From: a virus
DNA length: 64,000 nucleotides
IMG/VR virus record: IMGVR_UViG_3300035070_002905
Location: 1 to 64,000 of that record
Reading direction: 5' to 3' (one strand)
Of the stretch, positions 54,580-64,000 are shown piece by piece. Positions within the stretch are counted from its first letter, which is position 1. Each line of letters starts with the position of its first letter. The position numbers were made by a program, and so were the translations under genes. A model generated the notes under the pieces. The model saw only the letters and a list, made by a program, of their open reading frames with translations. It did not search any database and had not been told where the DNA came from.

Positions 54580-56775
54580 TTAATCTACTATCTTACCTAC
54601 ACCGAGTATACGCCACACACCCAGGTCGTTATACAGAGTGGCAGATGAATGTGCCCCTGCCTGATTACCTACGGTAAGACCTGTAGATCCAAAATCTTGG
54701 GTAGGAGTATCAGGTAGGCTTACTTGCCAGCTATATCCTATTAAATGTACTATGCGACCGTACTCAACTCCGTCTACGTCTATTTCACATCCAGTCTTAG
54801 CACTAGATCCACCCGTCAATCGATACCTATCGATACCTTGAGTTAGGGATACTACCTGATCATTACTAGTCAGCGATAGAGTGGAATCGTGGAATACTGG
54901 AGGTATTCCACCAGACCCACGTATCGTGTTAGTACCACCATCATATTGGATAGTAGAGGTGTCGTAGAGTCTTACTGGCTCGGTATCTGCAGTAGTAGCC
55001 TGACAATTTGTAACTCTTAACGTAGAACCGCCGCGCAGATATATGATCCTACTGAAAGTAGAGTTATTCATATATAGAGTAGAGCCTTCATTAACTTCTG
55101 CAGGTTCTAAGTCGATATCAAACCAAGTCATAGTCATAGTACCGCCACTAGATACTTCTATACCGTCATTTATCTGTGAACGTACCGTCGAACTTAATCC
55201 GGCACATCTAACCGTCCCTCCTGCACCTACAAATACTCCTAAGCTGCCTGCGCCTGACGAGAACACGTGATTTAACTGAGTTGCGTCAGTCTGTACCATT
55301 TGGATCAACCCGTATAGGCACTGTACGTTTCTGATTAAAGCGCCGCGCAAAGTTGAGTTAGATATAGTAATTACATCACCGTCTGTTAGAGTAACGATAT
55401 TATAATCACAGTTACGTATCTTAGAGTCCTTGGTGATCTCAAGTTGGCCGTTTGACTCAGTGTAGGCTCCGTATGTCGCGAACCCACGCCCATCGATGAT
55501 TGTCTTAAATACGTGAACGTAAGTATCAGTACGATGTGCAACCAGTAATCCAGAAGACTTATTTACTCCGTTACTCTGTATGGTTATACCGTTTATACCG
55601 ATGTTACCCTTCTGAATATATACACCGTATTTGTAATCGGAAGTAGTCTCTATGATTACATTTTCAGGGTTAGTCAGATTGCCACGTATAGTTATTGCAC
55701 CGTCTAACTCATCTCCGTTACTAGATGACCTGTATGCTGTAACCTTACCATATCCATATAGAATGGCAGCCCTAGCTTGACTTGATGCAGGCTCTACGCT
55801 TTCATTGTATAGACCATCGGCTAGTTGAATAGTCTGAGGATGATATATGATTTCAGGGATAGAGTTCCACGCCATTTGAACGGTCTTAAAGGGGTTGGCC
55901 TGAGATCCATCCCCTGCAGTATCGCTACCTGTAGGAGATACATACCAAGTCACTTCTTCAGTAGTCCTTCCTGCCTTTTGAGTAATATCGTATGTCCAAT
56001 TCTCCATGGTACGAGGAGCTATAGACCCTGCAGCTACTGCCAGAGCCTCCGAAACGTCGGTACCCGGTAGCTCGCCTGGAGACACTGGACGGTAGAACGT
56101 TACGCTTACCTGCGCGCCTGCAGGAGGAGCCTCGGTGAACGAGATCTGTCCCGGAGCGGTAGTATAGCTGTCTACTGGAATCTGCACGACGCCGTCTACC
56201 GTTACCAGGAAGCTGGTCGCCGGAGATGAGTCTGCATGCGGTGCGTCGAATGTCGTCTTCGTGCCATCACCTAGTTGTACCGGTTGAAGTACTGGAAGCT
56301 GCTGCTCGGGTACATCTTGGCTAAGACCGGCGAAGCGGCTGTACGGACGGTAGGTTAGTGCACCTGAACCATCTCGTACCTGTACGTCTAGACGATCTCC
56401 TACCGGAGTACCGATTGATACTACCGTGAACGACTCGGTCGCCTCATCGTCCGGCCACCACAGTTGACCGAGGTGGAAGAATGTCGAGGTCTTGCCTGCC
56501 AGATCTACCTGCCAGACACCGGTAGCGTCCTTAGAGAATGGAGCGATTGTGGCACCTACTACGCCGACGGTAGATTTACGCCCGGTCAACGCCTCTTGAT
56601 CGTCCATCTTAGGAACGAATACGTTGCCCGATGGAAGCGGGAAGCCTTCGCTTAGGAAGTCTCCTGTAGCATCGACTACTACGCCGTCGATCAGGGCTGG
56701 GTCCAGAACTCGCACTGGAGTCCCGGTAAGAATACTCGCCAGCTGCAGCTGCGCAAGTGTATTGAATACCTTCAT
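54580..56775 (-). CDS. tailspike/depolymerase (beta-helix)
   Basis: GDGTKTTF module; YVSPTGSD...PFKTVQ; beta-helix. Confidence 0.82.
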   Translation of the reverse strand: MKVFNTLAQLQLASILTGTPVRVLDPALIDGVVVDATGDFLSEGFPLPSGNVFVPKMDDQEALTGRKSTVGVVGATIAPFSKDATGVWQVDLAGKTSTFFHLGQLWWPDDEATESFTVVSIGTPVGDRLDVQVRDGSGALTYRPYSRFAGLSQDVPEQQLPVLQPVQLGDGTKTTFDAPHADSSPATSFLVTVDGVVQIPVDSYTTAPGQISFTEAPPAGAQVSVTFYRPVSPGELPGTDVSEALAVAAGSIAPRTMENWTYDITQKAGRTTEEVTWYVSPTGSDTAGDGSQANPFKTVQMAWNSIPEIIYHPQTIQLADGLYNESVEPASSQARAAILYGYGKVTAYRSSSNGDELDGAITIRGNLTNPENVIIETTSDYKYGVYIQKGNIGINGITIQSNGVNKSSGLLVAHRTDTYVHVFKTIIDGRGFATYGAYTESNGQLEITKDSKIRNCDYNIVTLTDGDVITISNSTLRGALIRNVQCLYGLIQMVQTDATQLNHVFSSGAGSLGVFVGAGGTVRCAGLSSTVRSQINDGIEVSSGGTMTMTWFDIDLEPAEVNEGSTLYMNNSTFSRIIYLRGGSTLRVTNCQATTADTEPVRLYDTSTIQYDGGTNTIRGSGGIPPVFHDSTLSLTSNDQVVSLTQGIDRYRLTGGSSAKTGCEIDVDGVEYGRIVHLIGYSWQVSLPDTPTQDFGSTGLTVGNQAGAHSSATLYNDLGVWRILGVGKIVD

Positions 56776-56810
56776 GATATCTCCTTGTTAAGCCGGATGC
56801 CTCCGGTTTG

Positions 56811-56823
56811 TATTTATATTTTA
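56811..56823 (-). promoter_or_regulatory. putative late promoter TAAAATATAAATA
   Basis: TAAAATA overlapping a T4-type TATAAATA. Confidence 0.6.
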
Positions 56824-56844
56824 GAGGCACCAGGATATTTGCAA

Positions 56845-58428
56845 TTAGGCGGCTATAGGACCGAAACCTTTCCACGTACCAGGAGTACCTGCGGTAACGC
56901 ATACCCAACCTTCATACCCACCAGCAGTGACTACTGAAGGGTCTGCATATACCTTATCCCCTACTTTCCACGTTGCCGCAGATCCTGGATTACCTACATC
57001 TGGCGGGTTAAAGTAGAAACCATTGACTATCTGTGCTATGGTCGAGGATCCGTAGTAGGCGAACTGCATATCCTGAGGCAGAGCGTTAGTATCTACTACT
57101 ACTCGCTGCCCGAACTGCTCCCCTTCTGCACTTATAAAAGCTCTACACGCAGTAGAGTTAAACACGGTATTACCTGATATAATACCGAATGAGTTAGCTG
57201 GTAGTGCAGGAGCTCCTGATGCGGTCTGAATGATATGGTTAGTACCACTCCCTAGACCGCATCTCTCGAATGTGTTATTAGAAACATTAAAACTTATAGC
57301 ATTCATGCGTATACCTGCACCTTCTATATTAGATAAAAGATTACCGGATATACTCAGGGTCTTTTGCGTCAGAGATCTGTTGTATAGGATCCCCGCACTA
57401 GATCCTGCATTAGAGTTGATAATAATGTTATCATCAATATTAACGTACTCTCCGCTCGATACTGCTATACCATAGCCGTCATATCCCTCTACAGTGTTAC
57501 CTACAACCTTACAGAATCCTACGTCTTCCATCAGGCATTCTATGCCGTACACACCCGACCCTTTGACCATATTACCTTCTATCAAGTAATCTCGCATATC
57601 CTTAACCCAGATGCCTGATCCGGCAGTAGTCTCTATGAAGTTATTTCGGATTATATGATTGCCATTGGCGTTTAATACCGGAGCGTTACCTGCGTCGAAT
57701 CGTATCCCTCTAGAGCTTGCAGGATTGACTGCATCACCTACTACATTGGTAATATGATTACCTTCTACATGAATCCTCTCAAAGATGTGTCCTACACCTT
57801 CGATGTTAATTCCGCCAGTACCCCAGATATTTACTATAGTATTATCCTGTACCCATATATCCGTGCCTGCAGATATAGCCACTCCATTACCGAAGTTGCC
57901 TATGGGATCGCTAGAGTCACCTATATTATAAATAGTGTTTCCTCGTATACGTACATCTGAAGGTGCCACCCCTACTGTCCCATATCCACAGTAGATACCA
58001 ACTCGATATGCGTCGTGGACTATGTTGTTCTCTATTAATATACGCTTAGATCCAGTGGTCACGTGTATAGGGAATGGGTCTCCTGATGTATAGGAGTACG
58101 CGTCTTTGTTTCCGTCAAACTCCAGCATAGTTATAGTTACGTCTGAAACTGTATCCATACGAAACTGGGCTCTAGATGTAGTAGCCCGTAAGATAGCACC
58201 TTTACCGTATAGACAAGTTAGGCTGGGTACAGCTATCGGATCTGAGTACATGTATACTCCAGGGGGAAATTTTACATGCCCACCGCTACTCACCGCCGCC
58301 TGAATAGCCGCAGTATCATCCGTTACGCCATCTCCTACGGCGCCAAAGTCTTTCACAGAGACGATTCCAGTTGACTCCGGTGTCAGTGCCTGGTAGCCTC
58401 TATCTGCTAGATCACGTGATCTTGTCAT
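56845..58428 (-). CDS. tailspike/depolymerase (pectate-lyase-like beta-helix)
   Basis: MTRSRDLA N-terminus; SVKDFGAVGDGVTDDTAAIQAA; C-terminal GWVC...GTPGTW. Confidence 0.88.
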   Translation of the reverse strand: MTRSRDLADRGYQALTPESTGIVSVKDFGAVGDGVTDDTAAIQAAVSSGGHVKFPPGVYMYSDPIAVPSLTCLYGKGAILRATTSRAQFRMDTVSDVTITMLEFDGNKDAYSYTSGDPFPIHVTTGSKRILIENNIVHDAYRVGIYCGYGTVGVAPSDVRIRGNTIYNIGDSSDPIGNFGNGVAISAGTDIWVQDNTIVNIWGTGGINIEGVGHIFERIHVEGNHITNVVGDAVNPASSRGIRFDAGNAPVLNANGNHIIRNNFIETTAGSGIWVKDMRDYLIEGNMVKGSGVYGIECLMEDVGFCKVVGNTVEGYDGYGIAVSSGEYVNIDDNIIINSNAGSSAGILYNRSLTQKTLSISGNLLSNIEGAGIRMNAISFNVSNNTFERCGLGSGTNHIIQTASGAPALPANSFGIISGNTVFNSTACRAFISAEGEQFGQRVVVDTNALPQDMQFAYYGSSTIAQIVNGFYFNPPDVGNPGSAATWKVGDKVYADPSVVTAGGYEGWVCVTAGTPGTWKGFGPIAA

Positions 58429-58456
58429 TTTGTTTCTCCTTATGTTCAGTATACCT

Positions 58457-58494
58457 TATTTTACGAAAAAGCCCTCACGAGGAGGGCTTGGGGT
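58457..58494 (-). promoter_or_regulatory. terminator (near copy of the 53079 hairpin) followed by TAAAATA promoter
   Basis: AAGCCCTC-CTCGT-GAGGGCTTTTT; TAAAATA 58463-58457. Confidence 0.65.
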
Positions 58495-58545
58495 TTAGTC
58501 GACGGACGCGCCGTCAATCATTCTGTTATTTCCTTTTGTTAACAT
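58495..58545 (-). pseudogene. 16-aa remnant of a tail-fibre gene (MLTKGNNRMIDGASVD)
   Basis: AAGGAG RBS; matches N-terminus MALTKVNNRMID of 53106-54569. Confidence 0.7.
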
Positions 58546-58555
58546 TTATTGCTCC

Positions 58556-60715
58556 TTAATCAACTCTGCCGGCAATACGTTTAATCTTAAAAACTGAACC
58601 AGCCTTTAAAACACAATTCGTACTTTGGGTGACGACTTCTAGTCGAACAGTGTTATTCGGGTTGATCTGCCTACGTGTTGATAGCGTAATACTCTGATAG
58701 TCGGCATCAGCCGGGTTTGCGTAAGTACGAGTTAAGTTAGAGTTTACCGATCCAATCTTTAACTCCGCCCATCGTAGGCCGTCACCTAGGAATGAACCAT
58801 TAAACTCCACTTCGTACGTACTAACCATATCTCCATTATCCATGCCTTGAGTGTTGCCCCAAGGAGAGTTGGTTTCTACGGTATTGAACGTTATGATATT
58901 AGCTCCACTCGCTAGTGGAATATCTGTATTACCTACGTAACAAACAGCGTATGGTTCATTAAAAGAGTCGAAGTTAATGTTGGCGAATCCATCGGAATCA
59001 ATACGGTCTGGTATCAGAGGTTGACCAGATGAGACGTATGCATTACGGAAGTCTACTTTAGCGAAGCCCGTGATACTGAAGTATACGCTAGAGTTATCAC
59101 CTCCTGGCAAGGAACAACCTTCGAACGATACATAAGTTCCATCAATATCGTACAATTTCTGATTTGAACTGTTGTCGTAACCAAACAACTTCAGGTTCAT
59201 ACCATTAACTTCCATTGTCTCAGTACCTCTAGCATAAAACAATTTTGCAACAACAACTGATGCGTCAGTAAATAAACTGTTCTCTGCTCCACACGATGTA
59301 AGTGTTGTACCTAAGCAAGTGTTGAAACTGTAAGCATATGGAGTGTCACCTGAAGTCACGCCCCAACCCCAATCATCTACTGTAGCATTTGTAAATGCTG
59401 AGTAAGATAGTCCGAAGAAGCTCCAACCATTTAACACACGAGACGCACCACAGTTGTTAACTGTCAAGCTTGTACCTGAAGCAGTCTTTGTACCGATAGT
59501 GGCGTGGTTGATAATGTGATGAGCATTACGGAAGTCTATTGACTCTAATAGTGTTCTGTAGATATCGTTTGTATGAATACCCGCATTAACATATTGGAAC
59601 TCAATATCACTCAGGTGTGAATGAGCGAAAGATGGCCCATAGATACCGCTAATAGTGTAGTCATCAAACAACGTATCTGGTGTATGACCCTTAACACGGA
59701 AGTCTCGGAATGTCAAACCCCATTGAGCAGTGGCATTAGCTAAGCCTCGGCCTTCATCTAAATCGGCACCATCAGTGGCACTTGCTAGTCGACGAGAAGC
59801 AGCGATCATAAAGATACAGTCTTCATTGTAAGTGTAGCCACGAGTACCTGCTCCGTTTAACGCAGAGAATGTAGCATTAAGCTGTAGGCTGTAGTTATCC
59901 GCGCCTTGGAAGATTGTTGCGTACTTACCAGCACCCTGTATAACGATACCATCACATTCGTACATCTGAATAGCATTAGAGACGATATAGATTCCGGCGG
60001 GGAAGAAAAGCGTGTTACCGTAAGTGATGTTCCCTTTAGTTGTAATGAAATCCACTGCCGCCTGAATAGCCGCAGTATCATCCGTTACGCCATCACCTAC
60101 TGCACCGAAGTCCTTGACGTTCACTACGTCTGCCGCTCGGTCTGCTAGAGTACGTGCAGTAGTTCCTCCGGTCGCCGTCGCATAGCCTAGACTAACGTCT
60201 GTACCTTCAGCTACATCGGTAGTTACCGGTTTGAAGTACGTTACGTCGATCTCGGCTGCAGCTGCAGGAGCTGTAGTAAAGATGATCTGTCCGGGCGCCG
60301 TAGTATAATCAGTACCCGCACGCGAGACTAGCCCGTCGACTACCACGAAGAACGCCTGTGGAAGTTCGGCTGAAGTCCCCGGAGCATCGAAGGTAGTGGT
60401 CGTACCGTCACCGGTCTGACGCGGCTGGATTAGCGGTGTAGCAGTAGCTGCAGTGATCTCACGTGCCCATAGGCCATTACCTAGCTGATAGTCTGCTACA
60501 GCCGTCTGGATTAAATAATCGCTAAGCGGTGAGATTACTTTAACGTAATCCCCTAGTCCTAGCGCCGTGCTGCCTACCATCGCGGCAACATTGTCGAATA
60601 CATTTGTGATTTGACGTTTAGAAGACGTCCACTTTATGCCGTCGTAGGCGTAAGTGAATTGTCCTTCAGTGTACGTCTGTCCAACCACTGGGTTGGACGG
60701 AAACGTTAGTGCCAT
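58556..60715 (-). CDS. tailspike/depolymerase (beta-helix)
   Basis: FPSNP...YDGIKW module; GDGTTTTF module; VNVKDFGAVGDG. Confidence 0.87.
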   Translation of the reverse strand: MALTFPSNPVVGQTYTEGQFTYAYDGIKWTSSKRQITNVFDNVAAMVGSTALGLGDYVKVISPLSDYLIQTAVADYQLGNGLWAREITAATATPLIQPRQTGDGTTTTFDAPGTSAELPQAFFVVVDGLVSRAGTDYTTAPGQIIFTTAPAAAAEIDVTYFKPVTTDVAEGTDVSLGYATATGGTTARTLADRAADVVNVKDFGAVGDGVTDDTAAIQAAVDFITTKGNITYGNTLFFPAGIYIVSNAIQMYECDGIVIQGAGKYATIFQGADNYSLQLNATFSALNGAGTRGYTYNEDCIFMIAASRRLASATDGADLDEGRGLANATAQWGLTFRDFRVKGHTPDTLFDDYTISGIYGPSFAHSHLSDIEFQYVNAGIHTNDIYRTLLESIDFRNAHHIINHATIGTKTASGTSLTVNNCGASRVLNGWSFFGLSYSAFTNATVDDWGWGVTSGDTPYAYSFNTCLGTTLTSCGAENSLFTDASVVVAKLFYARGTETMEVNGMNLKLFGYDNSSNQKLYDIDGTYVSFEGCSLPGGDNSSVYFSITGFAKVDFRNAYVSSGQPLIPDRIDSDGFANINFDSFNEPYAVCYVGNTDIPLASGANIITFNTVETNSPWGNTQGMDNGDMVSTYEVEFNGSFLGDGLRWAELKIGSVNSNLTRTYANPADADYQSITLSTRRQINPNNTVRLEVVTQSTNCVLKAGSVFKIKRIAGRVD

Positions 60716-60743
60716 TTGTTACTCCTTTGGTTAAGTTCTCTGT

Positions 60744-62633
60744 TTATCTAGCCCTATAGGAAAAAGAGCCGCCAATTATCACGGTCGGTGATGCAGGTAT
60801 ATCTGCATCACTTAGAAGTGTCTGACCGTCAGGTTTGTATAATGTAATTACAGCGCCCCCGCCAGTTAAAGACATAACTCCACTCGTACTCGCAACGCCA
60901 CCAGTAAAGTTTTGATATCTAACTGAGGCATGCGCGTCCTCATCCACATTAATAGGGAATGGCAATCCCTGTATAGTACAAGATCCGGTCTGGGATCCAA
61001 CTGCGTTAACGTACATAGAAAAGTTAACTGTAACCATGTCATCAATTCTACTCCATGTTCCGCTTTGCTTAACATAAGCAATTCCAGAACTAGATCCCCC
61101 AATAAACAACTCAGGGGTCCATTCACCTTGTTGTATCGTTGTTATTAGGTTATCACGTCGATAGTCATGTAATTCAGGGATGATTTCAGTATAGAGGCCA
61201 TTCGGGCCATCATAGGTGTACTTAGACGTACTTGGCTTTGTTACATACATTGACGGAAATCTAAAATAGGTCGGCGGGTTAGTCCAATGAATTTTTGCAT
61301 CATCCTTTAATATCACGGATTCTTTAAAATAATCCACTGGAGATACCAATGGTAAGGGCCTATCCATCTCGCCACTGATAAATGTTATATCATCACCAGC
61401 CATTGCACTAACCATATACACGGGGTGCGTTGGAGTCTGTCTGTTTAAGTCTTGCCACTTGAAAAATGATCTGTGATTTACTACGGTTACTTTGTTATTT
61501 CCCTCGAAGTTGAAATAAATACCCTTCTCGACTGGATAGTTTGCATCAAGAGGGGTTAGCGTAAATCCTTCATTCCCACAGGATACCAGTGTTAAACACG
61601 TTGCATTTCTAAATGTAAAAGCCGCCTTATATGGGATATCACATCCGCAACCAACTATCTCAGAATATGTATGACCGAATATGTATCCGCCTAGGCCACA
61701 CCAAAGGGCCTCACATCCTTTGAAGTTTGTTGTTGTACCGCTCTGTGTCTCTATCGTTCCATACCCCTGAAAGCTTGTAACCTCAGATAACCATGGCTGC
61801 TTCATAAATAGCATCGTGCCTGTATTGTGGCAGCATACGTCCCTAATAAAAACGCTGTCTCCAGTTGAATAGTAAACGCCGTACGTATTCTGTTGCGAGT
61901 CTAATCCACCACCGCTTATATTTGGGTACCCAGTAGATATGTTCCCTCTGAGTGCGATATTTTCTAGTCTTTGATTTCCCGAGTGATATCTAGTTAAATC
62001 AGAAGGGTAATCAGGATGACGCTGATTATTGTGCATTTGAATTATCGAGTCGTTACCAGCTTCATCAAGGTTATTGGTACTTTTCCATATCGTACAAACC
62101 CACTCAGTTGCATCAATAGTTGGAGTCTGGCTACCAATTAGTGATTTATAAGGAGGAAGAATGATCGGATCGTGAATTTCGTAAAGACCCTCTGGAACAA
62201 AGGTAACAGCATGATTCGAGATGCAAGCTCTAAACGCAGGTTCCCAATTATCCCCCACCCTCGAATTCTCATAATCTAAAACATTTCCGATATCTGAAAA
62301 TCTATCGTAAAGTGTTCTAGGCGTATTACTACCTGCCGCCGTCACTAGGATCTCGTTACCTACTGCGTCGACCAGACCCTGAGGAGCATCTTCGACCCAT
62401 TGGCCTTGAGAAGTCCCTTCGTTCACGTGCCAGATATACGTCAGGCCGTTAGAATCGTCAAACCACTGGAGTCCCGGCTCGGGTGCTGCCGGTGGAGTAG
62501 CGCTCTGGATTTTAACGGCAGAGCTACCGTATTTAATAACTGATGTCCACTTAGTACCGTCCCACGTGTAACGGTAGTCTCCATACTCGTAGACCTGCCC
62601 TACGATCGGGGCGGTTGGGAAGCTAATAGCCAT
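60744..62633 (-). CDS. tailspike / receptor-binding protein
   Basis: FPTAP...WDGTKW module; NVLDY...FVPEGLY; C-terminal GEWTP domain. Confidence 0.82.
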   Translation of the reverse strand: MAISFPTAPIVGQVYEYGDYRYTWDGTKWTSVIKYGSSAVKIQSATPPAAPEPGLQWFDDSNGLTYIWHVNEGTSQGQWVEDAPQGLVDAVGNEILVTAAGSNTPRTLYDRFSDIGNVLDYENSRVGDNWEPAFRACISNHAVTFVPEGLYEIHDPIILPPYKSLIGSQTPTIDATEWVCTIWKSTNNLDEAGNDSIIQMHNNQRHPDYPSDLTRYHSGNQRLENIALRGNISTGYPNISGGGLDSQQNTYGVYYSTGDSVFIRDVCCHNTGTMLFMKQPWLSEVTSFQGYGTIETQSGTTTNFKGCEALWCGLGGYIFGHTYSEIVGCGCDIPYKAAFTFRNATCLTLVSCGNEGFTLTPLDANYPVEKGIYFNFEGNNKVTVVNHRSFFKWQDLNRQTPTHPVYMVSAMAGDDITFISGEMDRPLPLVSPVDYFKESVILKDDAKIHWTNPPTYFRFPSMYVTKPSTSKYTYDGPNGLYTEIIPELHDYRRDNLITTIQQGEWTPELFIGGSSSGIAYVKQSGTWSRIDDMVTVNFSMYVNAVGSQTGSCTIQGLPFPINVDEDAHASVRYQNFTGGVASTSGVMSLTGGGAVITLYKPDGQTLLSDADIPASPTVIIGGSFSYRAR

Positions 62634-62685
62634 ATATGACTCTCCTTATGTTATGATTGCCGGGTGATCAATCCGGGTGTACTAC

Positions 62686-62721
62686 TATTTTAGGCAAAAA
62701 GAAAGCCGCCCGAAGGTGGCC
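62686..62721 (-). promoter_or_regulatory. terminator followed by TAAAATA promoter
   Basis: GGCCACC-TTCG-GGCGGCT plus T tract; TAAAATA 62692-62686. Confidence 0.65.
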
Positions 62722-62727
62722 TTGTTG

Positions 62728-64000
62728 TTAGATTAGTTTCCAGTCTGAGGATCCGGATCCTATAGAGTTAACTACCATGTATGCATTGTTGGCTGTTACA
62801 TCTACGTATACCTGTCCGTAGTAAGTGCCGCTAAACGCAGGAGGAACTGATCCTATCTGAGCAAACGGGCCTAGATTGACGAAGGATGTTACTGTGGCAT
62901 CCTGTCTAATAGAGGTTTGACGGATACCCTTCAGTACCATATCGTTCGTACCCTCTACTAACTCTACCACGGTACCAGCTACTACTATAGATCTAATAGC
63001 TTCTACTCTATCAGAGACTACCTTATTATCAGATATATTTGCAGTCGAGGCATCTTGAACCCATATACCTGCCCTCGAGCTAGTAGGAGAGGTGACGGAG
63101 CAGTATTCGTCTACAATGTTATTTTTAACATCTATACTAGTAGAAGAGGAGTCTCCTCGAACTGATATAGGAGTAACTGAAGTGTTCCGTATGATATTAT
63201 CGGAAACCACTGCATTACCCGTCACCCATGCGTATATACCGTTCTTATCTATAGTAGATTGGAATCTACCGTCGATTATATTATTAGTGATATACGCGTT
63301 GACAGCAGACTGGTTAGACACGGATACTCCACAACCTAGGAAGGTGTTAGATACTATCGATATGTCACTTACAGGAGATCCTGAATCGATCTGTACCAGT
63401 AAGGCTCCTGCCATGGCACTAGCCCCTGCACCTCCATCGAAAGTATTTCCGCTGACAACAATGGAAGTATCCGCAACAGAACCTCGGTTCCTGAGGACTA
63501 CAAGATCCTGCTCTACGTTACCTACAAATCCATTAGCAGTTACTTGATTATCAGTTATACGCAAGACTCCCTTTCGATAAGTATTGGCGTCCCAGTCAGT
63601 GGAGTTACCTCCGGCATCTATAAAAGTACCTCTACCTACCTCTGCATAGAAGCACTGTACGATATTCCCAGATATCGTATGCTCCATACTTATAGGTTCA
63701 GTAATCTTAATAGCTGATGCACCTACCGAGTTACGGATGGTATTATCTATATAAGATATGCGGTGACCGCCTAGAGTACATCCTCCATCGATATAGTTAC
63801 CCTGGAACGTAATGTTCTCTCCATTACCATGAGTATCTACAGCTCCTACTGAAGTAGTACAGATAGAAGTACAGTTCGTAACTTGGCTGTTACGTACTAC
63901 TATAGACCCGTTAGATCCACCTCCTCCATGAGCTATTCCGTGTCGAATAGACTTAAAGAAGCTGTTAGTTAACGTCAGGTCCTGACAGTTACTTACACTA
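62728..64000 (-). CDS. tailspike/depolymerase, 5'-truncated by window edge
   Basis: Frame stays open from the window edge to 62728; I/V-S-G/N-N beta-helix repeats. Confidence 0.82.
   Translation of the reverse strand, partial: SVSNCQDLTLTNSFFKSIRHGIAHGGGGSNGSIVVRNSQVTNCTSICTTSVGAVDTHGNGENITFQGNYIDGGCTLGGHRISYIDNTIRNSVGASAIKITEPISMEHTISGNIVQCFYAEVGRGTFIDAGGNSTDWDANTYRKGVLRITDNQVTANGFVGNVEQDLVVLRNRGSVADTSIVVSGNTFDGGAGASAMAGALLVQIDSGSPVSDISIVSNTFLGCGVSVSNQSAVNAYITNNIIDGRFQSTIDKNGIYAWVTGNAVVSDNIIRNTSVTPISVRGDSSSTSIDVKNNIVDEYCSVTSPTSSRAGIWVQDASTANISDNKVVSDRVEAIRSIVVAGTVVELVEGTNDMVLKGIRQTSIRQDATVTSFVNLGPFAQIGSVPPAFSGTYYGQVYVDVTANNAYMVVNSIGSGSSDWKLI

Noticed and set aside
50761-64000. Diversity-generating retroelement or invertible tail-fibre switch
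   Set aside because: No reverse transcriptase or recombinase; shared blocks are short direct repeats without adenine-specific variation

Overview
This is a 64-kb segment of a large lytic dsDNA tailed phage. The host is probably a marine gammaproteobacterium such as Vibrio; this is inferred from gammaproteobacterial-type tRNAs, a porin, SspB and GrcA homologues, and frequent CTA Leu codons. Positions 1-49.8 kb form a dense + strand accessory region. It holds an envelope/secreted-protein block with three tandem fimbrial-subunit-like paralogues, a 10-tRNA cluster with interspersed candidate ncRNAs, and an RlmN/Cfr-like radical SAM enzyme. It also encodes NAD metabolism (Prs-like + Nampt-like, the NARP1 gene pairing, plus NadE) and a large tRNA/RNA repair and translation-rescue set (CCA enzyme, Pth2-like, RlaP-like, two RNA ligases, two kinases, phosphoesterases, SspB-like, ArfA-like peptide). 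A porin, RusA, tdk, GrcA, Rha and a symmetric iteron-like putative replication origin are also present. Positions 49.8-64 kb form a convergent - strand array of at least seven tailspike/tail-fibre genes built as promoter-gene-terminator cassettes. Two recurrent promoter motifs (TGTTATAAGTAATAT and TAAAATA) were read from the sequence, as was a candidate late sRNA displaying an anti-Shine-Dalgarno loop. All family assignments come from motif recognition by eye; no searches were run.
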